Assembly (NCBI GenBank): GCA_964580115.1
Contig: CAZOJG010000012.1
Span: forward strand, 12,310 to 76,309
DNA: 64,000 nucleotides
Direction: 5' to 3'
Origin: an uncultured Rhizobium sp.
GTDB taxonomy: Bacteria; Pseudomonadota; Alphaproteobacteria; Micropepsales; Micropepsaceae
How positions within the stretch are numbered: the first letter of the stretch is position 1; every line of letters begins with the position of its first letter. The position numbers and the translations under genes were made by a program. This document shows, in pieces, positions 20,734-30,110 of the stretch. The notes under the pieces were generated by a model that worked only from the letters and a program-made list of their open reading frames with translations, was not told the origin of the DNA and ran no database searches.

Positions 20734-21279
20734 TTATAAAACAGGCGGCGCAGGTTTGCGCCGTAGGGATTGGCGATATGTATAAATTCCGCCCCCGATC
20801 AAACAGGCAACACCCAAAGCTATATCCGCCTGCAAAGGCAGCCAGCCCAGAAAACTGGCCAGATCACCTGCCGTCATCACCGCAAAGACCAAAGCCCAGA
20901 TCGTGCTGATGCGCATATTCAGCCGCATGAAGCCCGGCTTTGCCCAATCTTCGCGCGGCGTTATTTCCCGCGCGAAGGGCAGGGTGAAAGGCGATCTGGT
21001 AAACAGCGAAAACAAAATGACGCAGAGCAAACCGCCATTCACCAGAAAGCGCACAGGCTGAATCGAAATACCGGGCTGAATAAAACCGGCAAACAGCGCC
21101 ACCGCGCTAAAGACAATCACATTGCCCAGATCAAGACTGCGCAATTCCCGGCGCTGCAGAAATGTCCGCATGCCCAAGGTAAAGGCTGTGGCCAAAGCGA
21201 GCCACAATCCCAATGTCACCGAAATCTGTGTGAGCGCCGCGAAGAGAATGAAAGGCGCTAATCCAATAAGGACTTGCAT
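20734..21279 (-). CDS. Hypothetical polytopic membrane protein
   Basis: 181 aa with about 5 hydrophobic helices and codon usage like its neighbours. I recognise no family. Confidence 0.6.
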   Translation of the reverse strand: MQVLIGLAPFILFAALTQISVTLGLWLALATAFTLGMRTFLQRRELRSLDLGNVIVFSAVALFAGFIQPGISIQPVRFLVNGGLLCVILFSLFTRSPFTLPFAREITPREDWAKPGFMRLNMRISTIWALVFAVMTAGDLASFLGWLPLQADIALGVACLIGGGIYTYRQSLRRKPAPPVL

Positions 21280-21295
21280 AAAGCAAAGTCTGCAT

Positions 21296-21327
21296 GGCGC
21301 GCGCCCTTTTGGGAAGGGGCGCGCGCC
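21296..21327 (-). terminator. 11-bp GC-only hairpin between two co-oriented genes (terminator-like or REP-like)
   Basis: ggcgcgcgccc-ttttgggaag-gggcgcgcgcc lies 7 nt after the TPR-gene stop. It has only a weak U-tract on the minus strand. Confidence 0.45.
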
Positions 21328-21333
21328 GCAGAA

Positions 21334-22584
21334 TTATTCTGCCGCGTCGGCGGTTGTCGCCGGGGTCAGTTTAGAGGTGCAGAATAGGGTCCAAAGATGC
21401 GCTGCTTTAAGTCGGGCAGCGCTCGAACTTTTCACCGCTTTGAACGCATCACTGGCTTCCTGATATTTACCTTGCCGCGCCAATGACATGGCCAGAACCA
21501 TTTGTGCTTGAGCCCCATCCTTGGTGCCGCCCTTGCTCAAGGCACGGCGCGCCACAGTTTCAGCCTCGCCATAGCGGCCATAGCCGTAATAGGTCTCGGC
21601 CAGTTTCTCATCATAATCGCCTTTGGCACGGGCTTCAGCGTCTTTGGCGAATTTCGCCAAAGACTGCGCATCCTGCGCCGCTCCGGATTTGGCCGAAGCA
21701 TATTGGCTCGGCGATACGGTCTTGCCTTTGGCCCGGCCCTCATCCAGCACGATCTTAGCTTCGCCGGGAAAGCCCAGTTGCAGCGCGATCGTCGCCATCA
21801 AGGAATAATCATCCGGATCCAGCATGGCATTCGTAGCAACACGCAAACGATACAGATCGATACCATCGGGGTTTTGAATGCCCGGCGTACCCAGCGCCAA
21901 GTCAATCAATTGCGACCAATCATTCGGCGAACCGTAATGGGTGGCGAGCAATTCCAATGTACGTGCTGCGTCGGCCTGCTTGTTCAGCTTGGCCTGGGCC
22001 GAAAGAAGCACACTCAGTGTTCCTTGATCAGGCACCTGACCCGCGGCACGGGATGCTTCCACACCTTTCAATGCCCATTCTTCAGACTTGGCGTGATTAT
22101 CCGTGAAATAATAAGCCTGCGCCACGGTGCTGACGATCTTGGCATCCGGGGTGGTCAATGTAGCCAGTTCTTCGCCATATTGGATCGATTTGGCATAATC
22201 CTTACCTTCAGAGGCAAGCAGGGTCATATTATAACGATTGGACGTTTTGTCCGCCGCATCTTCTGCTGGCGATGTCACCATTGCTTCATAAGCTGCCCGC
22301 GCCGCCGGATAATCTTTCATGTTGATGGCGCAGACTGCGATAAATTGTTCAATCTTATAACTGTCATAGGCCGTCTTGCCTGGGATGGCCTGCGCTTCAC
22401 GTGCCTTGGCCAATGCGCCTTGGAAGTCTTGTGCCTGAAGCATCTTTTGCGCTTCCATCAAGGGCTTGGCGACTGCATTGGAAATCCGTTGCGCCTGCGC
22501 AACCGCGGGGGCTATGGCAGCAAAGCTGACCGTAGTGCCTAAAAGGCATGCGGCGAACGCGGCACGGATAAGTCTTTTTTTCAT
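21334..22584 (-). CDS. Secreted TPR-repeat protein
   Basis: It has a signal peptide (MKKRLIRAAFAACLLGTTVSFAAIAPAVAQA) followed by Ala/Tyr-rich TPR-like helical repeats. I prefer the ATG at 22584 over 22620. Confidence 0.75.
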   Translation of the reverse strand: MKKRLIRAAFAACLLGTTVSFAAIAPAVAQAQRISNAVAKPLMEAQKMLQAQDFQGALAKAREAQAIPGKTAYDSYKIEQFIAVCAINMKDYPAARAAYEAMVTSPAEDAADKTSNRYNMTLLASEGKDYAKSIQYGEELATLTTPDAKIVSTVAQAYYFTDNHAKSEEWALKGVEASRAAGQVPDQGTLSVLLSAQAKLNKQADAARTLELLATHYGSPNDWSQLIDLALGTPGIQNPDGIDLYRLRVATNAMLDPDDYSLMATIALQLGFPGEAKIVLDEGRAKGKTVSPSQYASAKSGAAQDAQSLAKFAKDAEARAKGDYDEKLAETYYGYGRYGEAETVARRALSKGGTKDGAQAQMVLAMSLARQGKYQEASDAFKAVKSSSAARLKAAHLWTLFCTSKLTPATTADAAE

Positions 22585-22783
22585 TGGCGTTCCTCGTATG
22601 TGTGTTCGCGTGACGTCCAACGCGGTTACTACCCTAAAGTGGGACTACTCAAAAACTGGGGTGAGAATGCAACTTTAATGTGGCAAGGGAACATTTCCAA
22701 TCAGGATTGTTGCCGCTGGCCCAGTCGCCGCCCCAAAAGCGCATCCGCCTACATTAACACCTTGAATAGAAAAGCGATCTTAA

Positions 22784-23236
22784 GTGACCACTCCTTCAAG
22801 CCCGCAAGCCACCCCAGCCCCCGGCTCCGTCCGCCTTCCTCACGGGGCCGAAGCCATTACATTCGGCTTTTATAACGACGTTTTGGGCACTTTCTACCAA
22901 ATGCCCAAGGCCGAAACGGGCGAATTTCGCTATTGCTTCATCGTCGATCCGCGCCATCTCAACGCCTCCGGCACCGTCCATGGCGGCATGCTGATGAGCT
23001 TCGCCGACATTTCCATGAGCCGTACCGCCCGCCTGGGCAGCGGCGCCCGCGCCTCCACCACCATTTCCATGAGCTGCGATTTCGTCAGCCCCGCCCGCCT
23101 CGGCGATGTGGTCGAAGCCAGGGTCCGTGTCACCCGCCATACGCGCAGCGTGGTCTTCCTGATGGGCGACCTGCTGGTGAACGATTCGCCCCCCCGCGCC
23201 ATTCTCACCGCCACCGGCGTCTGGAAGATCGTATGA
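22784..23236 (+). CDS. PaaI-family hotdog-fold thioesterase (copy 1)
   Basis: 150 aa with the motif NASGTVHGGMLMSFADISMS. It starts on GTG and has an ATGA overlap with copy 2. Confidence 0.8.
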   Translation: MTTPSSPQATPAPGSVRLPHGAEAITFGFYNDVLGTFYQMPKAETGEFRYCFIVDPRHLNASGTVHGGMLMSFADISMSRTARLGSGARASTTISMSCDFVSPARLGDVVEARVRVTRHTRSVVFLMGDLLVNDSPPRAILTATGVWKIV

Positions 23237-23688
23237 CCCGCCCCCCAGAATTCCCCGCGCCCGGCTTCACGGAAATGACCCTGCTCGATCCGTTCGAGCG
23301 CCTGCTTGGCCCCATCTACCAAAGCGGCGAGGCCCTGAACCGCCGCTACCAGTTCAAGGTGGATGACCGCCATGTAAATGGCCGCATGGTGATGCATGGC
23401 GGCATGATGATGACCCTCGCCGATGCCACATTGGGGGCCTTGGCCGCCGAACTGGCCGAGGGGATTTCAACCGTCACCCTCAGCATGCAAACCCAGTTTC
23501 TGGCCCCGGTCCCACTCGGTCATGTCGTGGAAATCAAACCCGAACTCACCCGCCGCACCCGCTCGGTCCTGTTTATCCGGGGCGATCTCATCATGGATGG
23601 CAAGATCGTCTTCATCGCCACCAGCATGTGGAAATTGCTTGGCCAGTCCTATGGCCAGACATGGTCCCCCCCGGTCCCGCCCCCATGA
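23233..23688 (+). CDS. PaaI-family hotdog-fold thioesterase (copy 2)
   Basis: It has the motif NGRMVMHGGMMMTLADATLG. I chose the ATG at 23233, coupled to the copy-1 stop. The ORF-track start at 22933 lies inside copy 1 in another frame. Confidence 0.8.
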   Translation: MTRPPEFPAPGFTEMTLLDPFERLLGPIYQSGEALNRRYQFKVDDRHVNGRMVMHGGMMMTLADATLGALAAELAEGISTVTLSMQTQFLAPVPLGHVVEIKPELTRRTRSVLFIRGDLIMDGKIVFIATSMWKLLGQSYGQTWSPPVPPP

Positions 23689-23759
23689 GCCGGATACTAA
23701 CCCCTTCTTTACCATAAGGGCGCAGTCTCACTGGCTTGGAAATTTTGATACATACCCCT

Positions 23760-24695
23760 ATGACCCGCTTCGCCGCTCACCCTGCCGATCTCATCTTCGG
23801 GGCCGTGCAGCTGGGTCTGGACTATGGGGCCGCCAATCGCACCGGCAAACCCAGCTATGACGCCGCCTTGCGTCTTGTCCGCCGCGCCGTCGCGGCCGGC
23901 ATCCCGGCGCTGGATACGGCCCGCGCCTATGGCGATAGCGAAGCCCGCATCGGCGCGGCCCTCAGCAAAACCAAACCCGTTCGCACAATCACGAAATTAA
24001 GCCCCCTCAGCGATCTCTCGGCGCGCCCCAGCTGGCATGCTGTCTGCGCCGCGGTGGATGCCAGTATCGAACAATCCCTCTTTGCCCTTCAGCGTGACAG
24101 GCTCGATTGCGTCCTGCTCCATCGCGCCGCCCATATGACCGCCTTCGATGGCGCGGTCTGGGCCCGCCTTCTGGAACTGCGCCGCACAGGAAAAATCACA
24201 AGCCTCGGCGTCTCTCTGCAATCACCACAGGAAGCCCTCAGCGTGCTCGGCTCCAGCGATGTCGAACATGTCCAATTGCCGTTCAATCTATTGGACTGGC
24301 GTTGGCGTGAAAGCGGCGCGATCACACTCATGCGCCAGAGAACCGATGTCACAGTCCATGCCCGCAGCGTCTTTCTGCAGGGCCTGCTCACCAGCAATGA
24401 TCCCATATTATGGCCCCGCATTCCCGGCGTCGATGCCAAAGCCCTGCTGACCGCCCTGCAATCCGCCGCCAGCCAGTTCAGCCGTGAAAACATCGCCGAT
24501 CTTTGCCTCGCCTATGTGCGTGGGCAGGATTGGATTGATGGCGCCGTGATCGGCATGGAGACCGAAGCGCAGCTCGACCTCAATCTCCGCCTGTCGCTCA
24601 AGCCGCCCCTCAGCCTTGAGCAATGCAATCAGCTCGAAACCATGCTGCCCGCCATGCCGCCGCGTCTACTGGACCCCGCCCAATGGAACAGTTGA
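23760..24695 (+). CDS. Aldo/keto reductase
   Basis: It has AKR motifs (LDTARAYGDSE, LGVSLQSPQE..). The start is either the ATG at 23760 or the TTG at 23736. Confidence 0.85.
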   Translation: MTRFAAHPADLIFGAVQLGLDYGAANRTGKPSYDAALRLVRRAVAAGIPALDTARAYGDSEARIGAALSKTKPVRTITKLSPLSDLSARPSWHAVCAAVDASIEQSLFALQRDRLDCVLLHRAAHMTAFDGAVWARLLELRRTGKITSLGVSLQSPQEALSVLGSSDVEHVQLPFNLLDWRWRESGAITLMRQRTDVTVHARSVFLQGLLTSNDPILWPRIPGVDAKALLTALQSAASQFSRENIADLCLAYVRGQDWIDGAVIGMETEAQLDLNLRLSLKPPLSLEQCNQLETMLPAMPPRLLDPAQWNS

Positions 24696-25471
24696 GCCCC
24701 AATCGCCTGTTCAATCTGCAAGGCTGCACCGCATTCATCAGCGGCGCGGGCGGTCATCTGGGCAGCGTCATGGCCCGCGCGCTTGGCGGGGCGGGGGCAC
24801 ATATCATCCTCAATGGCCGTAACCCCCAAAGCCTGCAAGATCTGGCTGAATCACTCCCCTCCGCCGAAATAGCGGTCTTCGATGTGCTGGATGTGCCCCA
24901 TCTGCGGGCCTTTTTTGCGGCGCGCCCCAGATTGGATGTCATCATCAATAACGCCATCTCCATGACACCCACCCCGCGCGATCAACTCCAGCCCGAAGAT
25001 TTCGACCAGACCTTCCGCTCCAGCGTTACTGCCAGTTTTGAAATCGCCCGCGCCGCGCTCCCGGCTTTACGTCAGGCTGTGCGGCTGCGCGGCGATGCCA
25101 GCGTCATCAATATCGCCTCTATGTATGGCGCGGTCTCGCCCGATGCCCGGATCTATAGCCGCCCCGAACAATCCAGCCCATTTCACTATGGCCCGGCCAA
25201 AGCCGCCTTGCTGCAACTCACCCGCCATCTCGCCGCCGATTTCGGGCCAGAAAAAATTCGCGTGAATGCGCTGGTCCCCGGCCCATTTCCGCGCCCCTCC
25301 ATCCAGCAGGATGACCCGGCTTTCGCGGCACGGCTGGCTGGCAAAACCATGCTGAACCGCCTCGGTCAGGCCTCCGAAATAGCTGGCCCCGCCCTTTTCC
25401 TTGCGTCCCCAGCCTCCAGCTATGTCACGGGATGCGCCCTGCCTATCGATGGCGGTTGGACGGCATGGTAG
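24683..25471 (+). CDS. SDR-family oxidoreductase
   Basis: It has a Rossmann motif (ISGAGGHLGS), NNA, and the catalytic Y..K (YGPAKAAL). I chose the ATG at 24683, which overlaps the AKR stop by 13 nt. Confidence 0.88.
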   Translation: MEQLSPNRLFNLQGCTAFISGAGGHLGSVMARALGGAGAHIILNGRNPQSLQDLAESLPSAEIAVFDVLDVPHLRAFFAARPRLDVIINNAISMTPTPRDQLQPEDFDQTFRSSVTASFEIARAALPALRQAVRLRGDASVINIASMYGAVSPDARIYSRPEQSSPFHYGPAKAALLQLTRHLAADFGPEKIRVNALVPGPFPRPSIQQDDPAFAARLAGKTMLNRLGQASEIAGPALFLASPASSYVTGCALPIDGGWTAW

Positions 25472-25496
25472 AACACCGGAAACAAAACCGGTGATC

Positions 25497-27338
25497 ATGA
25501 CCTTTCTGTCCTCTTTCCGCATTGGCTCAGACACAGTCTATCCCGAAGCCCTGCGCATACGGCTGCGCAATTTCCCGCTGCTTTCGGATGTCAGTGATAC
25601 GGGCCTGAAAAAGCTTCTGGGCGAGGCCAATTGGTTCGGCCTGCCCGGTGGCATGTTGCTGGAACGCGAAGGCGAAAATGAACGCGCCCTGTTTCTGGTC
25701 GTCACCGGCGCGCTGGGCGTCTTCGTCGAAGATGAACACGGTATGCGCAAAATGGTCGCCCATATTCCAGCCGGGGAAACTGTGGGCGAGATGTCTCTGA
25801 TCTCGGGCGAAGCCCATTCAGCGCAATTGGTCGCCCTGCGCGATAGCGAATTACTCCGCCTGCATCCGCGCGCTTTCGATGCGCTCATCACCCGCCACCC
25901 GCGCGTCATGTTCAACCTGATGCGCATTCTCGTGAAGCGTCTGCAACGCACGACCCAGGGCGATACAAGCCGCGCCCGTCCGCGCACATTTGCGATCATC
26001 CCCTTGCAGGATGGGCTGGATCATGAACCCATCGCCCATCAGCTCTCCTCGGCGCTGATCTCCATGGGCTCTCATGCCGCCGTGCTCGATTCCAGCGCCG
26101 CCGATCAATCGGCTGAATGGTTCGCCAATTTCGAAGCAGGCCATGACACTGTCTTCTATCGCGGCGATGCGCCAGACAGCGCCTGGACCCATCTCTGCCT
26201 GCGTCAGGCGGATCGTATCTTCCTGCTCGCCCGTTCCGATCGTCCCCTGCCGCAACGCCCGCTCGACATGCCCGCGTTCAAGGAACGCGCCACCGGTCTT
26301 CCTCAGCTTTTGCTGATCCATCCCCAAGGTACCGACCGCGATCTGCCAAAACATTTCGCCCTGCGCAGCGGCCTCTTCGAATCCCATCATCATATGCGCG
26401 CCGGCCGCAATGATGACATTAAACGTCTCGCCCGTTTTATCGCCGGTCGTGCCGTGGGCGTGGTGCTGGGCGGCGGCGGCGCACGCGGCTTCGCCCATAT
26501 CGGTGTGATCAAAGCCTTGATGGAGGCCGGTGTTCCGATCGATCATCTGGGCGGCACCAGTATGGGCGCGCTGGTGGCAGCAGGTATAGCCATGGAATGG
26601 AGCATCGAAGAACTCGCCGAACGGATGCGCCACGCTTTCGTCGATAATAACCCGCTATCCGATTACACTTTCCCTCTCATCGCCCTGGTGCGCGGCAAAA
26701 AAGTGGCCCGCATGCTGCGTGAAAGTTTTGGCGACATCAATATCGAACAAATGCCAAAACCTTTTTTCTGCGTCTCGTCGGATCTCACATTGGGCCGCAG
26801 CCATGTCCATCGGGGCGGCCCCTTATGGCAGGCCCTGCGTTCCACCGTGGCGCTGCCCGGCATATTACCGCCGGTGCGTTTTCATAATCATCTGCTTGTC
26901 GATGGCGGCGTCATGAACAATCTGCCCGTCGATGTCATGGCGGAAACCGTCCATGGCCCCATCATCGCCTCCGATGTCACGGGCGAATTCGACGTGCAGA
27001 TCGAAGATGAATTTTACGGCGAACGCTCTCTCTGGTGGATGATCCGCGAAAAGATGCGCGGTACACCTTCCATCCTCTCCATCCTGATGCGCTCCGGCAC
27101 GGTCGGCTCCGAAGCTCAGCGCAAAGTGGTGCGCGAACAGGCCGATTATCTGTTCGAACCTCCGCTCAATCATTTCGGCCTGCGCGATTGGGATAGTTTT
27201 GATCGCGCCATCACGGTCGGCTATCTCCATGCCAAAGCGCAGATCGAACAAAAAGGCATCCCCGTCACCGATATCTGGACCGATGGCCCCGCCGTTGCCC
27301 GTCCCATCAATCTTCTGCCAAAACAATCCAGCCAATGA
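25497..27338 (+). CDS. Cyclic-nucleotide-binding domain fused to a patatin-like phospholipase (NTE/RssA-like)
   Basis: The N-terminal CAP_ED-like domain includes ..GETVGEMSLISGEAHSA... The patatin domain has GGGGARG, the GTSMG nucleophile elbow and the DGG catalytic Asp (LLVDGGVMNNLP). I chose the ATG at 25497. Confidence 0.9.
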   Translation: MTFLSSFRIGSDTVYPEALRIRLRNFPLLSDVSDTGLKKLLGEANWFGLPGGMLLEREGENERALFLVVTGALGVFVEDEHGMRKMVAHIPAGETVGEMSLISGEAHSAQLVALRDSELLRLHPRAFDALITRHPRVMFNLMRILVKRLQRTTQGDTSRARPRTFAIIPLQDGLDHEPIAHQLSSALISMGSHAAVLDSSAADQSAEWFANFEAGHDTVFYRGDAPDSAWTHLCLRQADRIFLLARSDRPLPQRPLDMPAFKERATGLPQLLLIHPQGTDRDLPKHFALRSGLFESHHHMRAGRNDDIKRLARFIAGRAVGVVLGGGGARGFAHIGVIKALMEAGVPIDHLGGTSMGALVAAGIAMEWSIEELAERMRHAFVDNNPLSDYTFPLIALVRGKKVARMLRESFGDINIEQMPKPFFCVSSDLTLGRSHVHRGGPLWQALRSTVALPGILPPVRFHNHLLVDGGVMNNLPVDVMAETVHGPIIASDVTGEFDVQIEDEFYGERSLWWMIREKMRGTPSILSILMRSGTVGSEAQRKVVREQADYLFEPPLNHFGLRDWDSFDRAITVGYLHAKAQIEQKGIPVTDIWTDGPAVARPINLLPKQSSQ

Positions 27339-28210
27339 TCTCTGCCCAACTGGCATTGCAACAAGGCGAAGCGTTCCTCGCCAGCCAAAATCTCCCCGAA
27401 GCCATAGCCCATCTCAGCCATGCGTTGACACGCGATCCCACATCAGACCGCGCCGCAGAACTTCTGGCGCAAGCATGGCTGGATGCAGGCGAAGCCGATC
27501 AAGCCTTGACCATTCTGGATCAGCATCCCCATCAAAACCCCAGCTTTACCAATCTTCGCCGCCGCGCCGCACAGATCAAAAACCAGAGCCGCAGTGATGC
27601 AGGTTACATCCGCCATCTCTTCGATCAGTTCTCTGAAACATATGATGATCATATGCGCGGGAAATTAGCCTATGCCGCGCCCGAACTCTTGCGTGACCTC
27701 GCCGATATGCTTGGTCTTCAATTCGCCCCGCACGACATCCTCGATCTCGGCTGCGGCACCGGCCTGTCCGGCGCGTGCTTTCACGATCTGGCGCGCAGGC
27801 TGGTCGGCATCGATCTCAGTCCGCAGATGATCGAACAGGCCCAAAAGCGCGGGCTCTATGATGCGCTCGGCGTGGCAGATCTGGAATCCTATCTCGCAAG
27901 CCAGAATGAAAATTATGACCTGCTGCTCGCCGCCGATACGCTGGTCTATCTGGGCGATCTGGATCGCGTTTTCGCGGGGGCGCATCAGGCCTTACGCCCG
28001 GGTGGCCACTTTCTCTTCACCGTGGAAGACAATGCGGGCGACAGCTTCGCCCTCGGCCCCAAACGCCGCTGGCAACATAGCAGCGCCTATTTACGCCATC
28101 TGGCCGAAGCCCATGGCTTCACCATCAGCGGCCTTCTGGCCTGTACCCCGCGCTATGATGATGGCCAGCCCATCAAGGGCCTCGCAGCAGCCCTGTCAAA
28201 AACACCATAA
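27335..28210 (+). CDS. TPR-containing class I SAM-dependent methyltransferase
   Basis: It has N-terminal TPR-like helices followed by SAM motif I (ILDLGCGTGLSG) and a DLLLAADTLVYLGDL post-I region. It has an ATGA overlap with the patatin gene. Confidence 0.85.
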   Translation: MISAQLALQQGEAFLASQNLPEAIAHLSHALTRDPTSDRAAELLAQAWLDAGEADQALTILDQHPHQNPSFTNLRRRAAQIKNQSRSDAGYIRHLFDQFSETYDDHMRGKLAYAAPELLRDLADMLGLQFAPHDILDLGCGTGLSGACFHDLARRLVGIDLSPQMIEQAQKRGLYDALGVADLESYLASQNENYDLLLAADTLVYLGDLDRVFAGAHQALRPGGHFLFTVEDNAGDSFALGPKRRWQHSSAYLRHLAEAHGFTISGLLACTPRYDDGQPIKGLAAALSKTP

Positions 28211-28260
28211 CACCCCCGCCCTTTCTCTGTCAGACTAAGCCATTCAGGATGGAGGATTTC

Positions 28261-28851
28261 ATGCTGACCATAGGCCTGCTGATTTTCGATGATGTGGAAG
28301 AACTAGATTTTGTCGGTCCATGGGAAGTCTTCACCGTGGCCAATGAAATAAGCCCGGATCGCCACCGGGTCATGCTCATCGCCGAAAGGGATCGCCCTGT
28401 TGTCTGCGCCAAGAAAATGCGCGTCCTGCCTGATGTCACGCTGGAGACTTGTCCCAAACTCGATGTTCTGCTGATCCCGGGCGGGCAGGGCACCCGCCGC
28501 GAAGTCCATAATGATAGGCTGCTCAGCTGGATCGCCAGCACCGCACAACACTGCCAGTGGGTCACCAGTGTCTGTACCGGGGCGCTGCTGCTCACCGCCG
28601 CAGGTCCGGCCCGCGGCAAGCGCGTCACCACCCATTGGGCCTTTGTGGACTCCTTGCGCATCCGCGGTGACGCCGCCGAAGTCCTGTCCGATATCCGCTA
28701 TGTGCAGGATGGAAATATCGTCACCGCCGCGGGCATTTCCGCCGGAATCGACATGGCGCTCTGGCTGACCGGCCAGTGGCATGGCCCGGATTTCGCCCGT
28801 ATGGTGCAGCGTTTCATGGAATATGACCCCGCGCCCCCTTATGGAGCCTGA
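28261..28851 (+). CDS. DJ-1/PfpI (class I glutamine amidotransferase-like) family protein
   Basis: It has the nucleophile elbow VTSVCTGALLL. The ATG at 28261 is preceded by GGAGGA; the alternative ATG is at 28249. Confidence 0.85.
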   Translation: MLTIGLLIFDDVEELDFVGPWEVFTVANEISPDRHRVMLIAERDRPVVCAKKMRVLPDVTLETCPKLDVLLIPGGQGTRREVHNDRLLSWIASTAQHCQWVTSVCTGALLLTAAGPARGKRVTTHWAFVDSLRIRGDAAEVLSDIRYVQDGNIVTAAGISAGIDMALWLTGQWHGPDFARMVQRFMEYDPAPPYGA

Positions 28852-28961
28852 GCCGCATTATGGGGCCGCCCTCGCAAAGCCTGCCCTGCTAATGCCATTT
28901 TCCTTCTTAAGCATGAGATAGTGTGTTTCACTGCCGCCGGAGAGATGATCACCCCGCGAAG

Positions 28962-29010
28962 AGGGCCGACACTTTCCCGGGCTCTTAAAATCGGCCCTGC
29001 GTTCTTATTC
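28962..29010 (+). terminator. 8-bp perfect hairpin with large loop and U-rich tail, downstream of the DJ-1 gene
   Basis: AGGGCCGA-(21 nt)-TCGGCCCT is followed by gcgttcttattc. It could end the 22.8-28.9 kb gene string. Confidence 0.3.
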
Positions 29011-29066
29011 GGGTAATTAGACACCAAACCAACTCGGCTACCACGCCTATCAGGATGAGGAATATT

Positions 29067-29441
29067 ATGTCGTTCAAATTTGCTTTGGCTGCTGCGCTAT
29101 TGGTGGGGACAGCCGCCCCCGCCTTCGCGGAAAATTGCAATGCCCCTATCGCACCGGCAGCCCTCGATGGCTCCAAGGCAAGCAAGGATCAACTGGGCCA
29201 GATGCGCGATGATGTCGTAAAATTCATCAAGGCCTCTGACGACTACCAGTCTTGCCTCTATAGCGATCTCAAAGCCCAGAAACTGCAGGCTATGAAAAAC
29301 AAAAAGCAGTTCCCGCAATCGATCGAAGACACGATCAATGGCCAAGTGGCTGATAATCAACGCCAGAAAGAACGCGTGGGGGCCGAATTCAATGCCGCCG
29401 TGCAATCCTTCAAGGCCGCACAGGGCGGTAATCGGGGCTGA
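29067..29441 (+). CDS. Small secreted hypothetical protein (two Cys, helical, Lys/Gln-rich)
   Basis: It has a signal peptide (MSFKFALAAALLVGTAAPAFA). GAGGAA lies 4 nt upstream of this ATG. I recognise no family. Confidence 0.6.
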   Translation: MSFKFALAAALLVGTAAPAFAENCNAPIAPAALDGSKASKDQLGQMRDDVVKFIKASDDYQSCLYSDLKAQKLQAMKNKKQFPQSIEDTINGQVADNQRQKERVGAEFNAAVQSFKAAQGGNRG

Positions 29442-29486
29442 TCTTAACCTCAGCGCCAAAAGGATCGAATCGCCGTATCATGTGGC

Positions 29487-30110
29487 ATGACCGGTCAGGG
29501 CGTCGCTGAGAATCAGGCCAGGGAAGATCAGGCCAAACAAAATCGGATAAAACGGCGCGCGCAGGAACAGCTTTCCGCGCGCGCCGCTATTCTGGATGCC
29601 GCGCGCCGTGTCGGATCACGCGATGGCGCGCGTCTGCTGTCTTTGCGCAACGTCGCTGCTGAAGCAGGTTTCGCCCCCGCCGCGCTTTATGGCTATTTCC
29701 GCAGCAAGGACGAACTGATTCTCGCCCTCGCCGCCGAAGACCTCACCCATCTCGCCCGCCAGATCCGCGACGCCGCTGCCACGGCCCCTTCCGGCAAACA
29801 AAATTTCAACGCCATCTCCGCCGCGCTCGATATGCTGCAACATAGCGAAACCCTCGCCACCGCCCCTTCGGCATTGAAAACTGGCGAACCCTCCGAGGCA
29901 GATCGTCTCTTCAATGGCCGCCTGATCGCCAGCCTCAAAGCCCTGTCCGAAGGTGCCGGCATCAAGATGCAGGACCGCACCGCCCAGATCGACACATTGC
30001 TTCTGGCCGCCACGCTTTCGGGCCTCGCCATGCTCAAACGCACAGGCCGCCTGACAGCGCTGGGCTTCACGCAGGATGAATTGATTGCACGCCTCGCGGA
30101 TAAAACCTAA
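29487..30110 (+). CDS. TetR-family transcriptional regulator
   Basis: It has an N-terminal TetR HTH (ILDAARRVGSRDGARLLSLRNVAAEAGFAPAALYGYFRSKDELI). Confidence 0.8.
   Translation: MTGQGVAENQAREDQAKQNRIKRRAQEQLSARAAILDAARRVGSRDGARLLSLRNVAAEAGFAPAALYGYFRSKDELILALAAEDLTHLARQIRDAAATAPSGKQNFNAISAALDMLQHSETLATAPSALKTGEPSEADRLFNGRLIASLKALSEGAGIKMQDRTAQIDTLLLAATLSGLAMLKRTGRLTALGFTQDELIARLADKT

Noticed and set aside
25497-27338. The cNMP-binding patatin lipase read as a CBASS-like or other anti-phage effector.
   Set aside because: No cyclase/CD-NTase, no other defence genes and no mobile-element context are present. The CAP_ED-patatin (NTE/RssA-like) architecture is widespread as a housekeeping-type protein in proteobacteria.
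28839-29185. Minus-strand 62-aa and 66-aa ORFs in and around the 28.85-29.07 kb spacer.
   Set aside because: They have no ribosome-binding sites and odd composition. The second overlaps the signal-peptide region of the better-supported plus-strand gene at 29067-29441.
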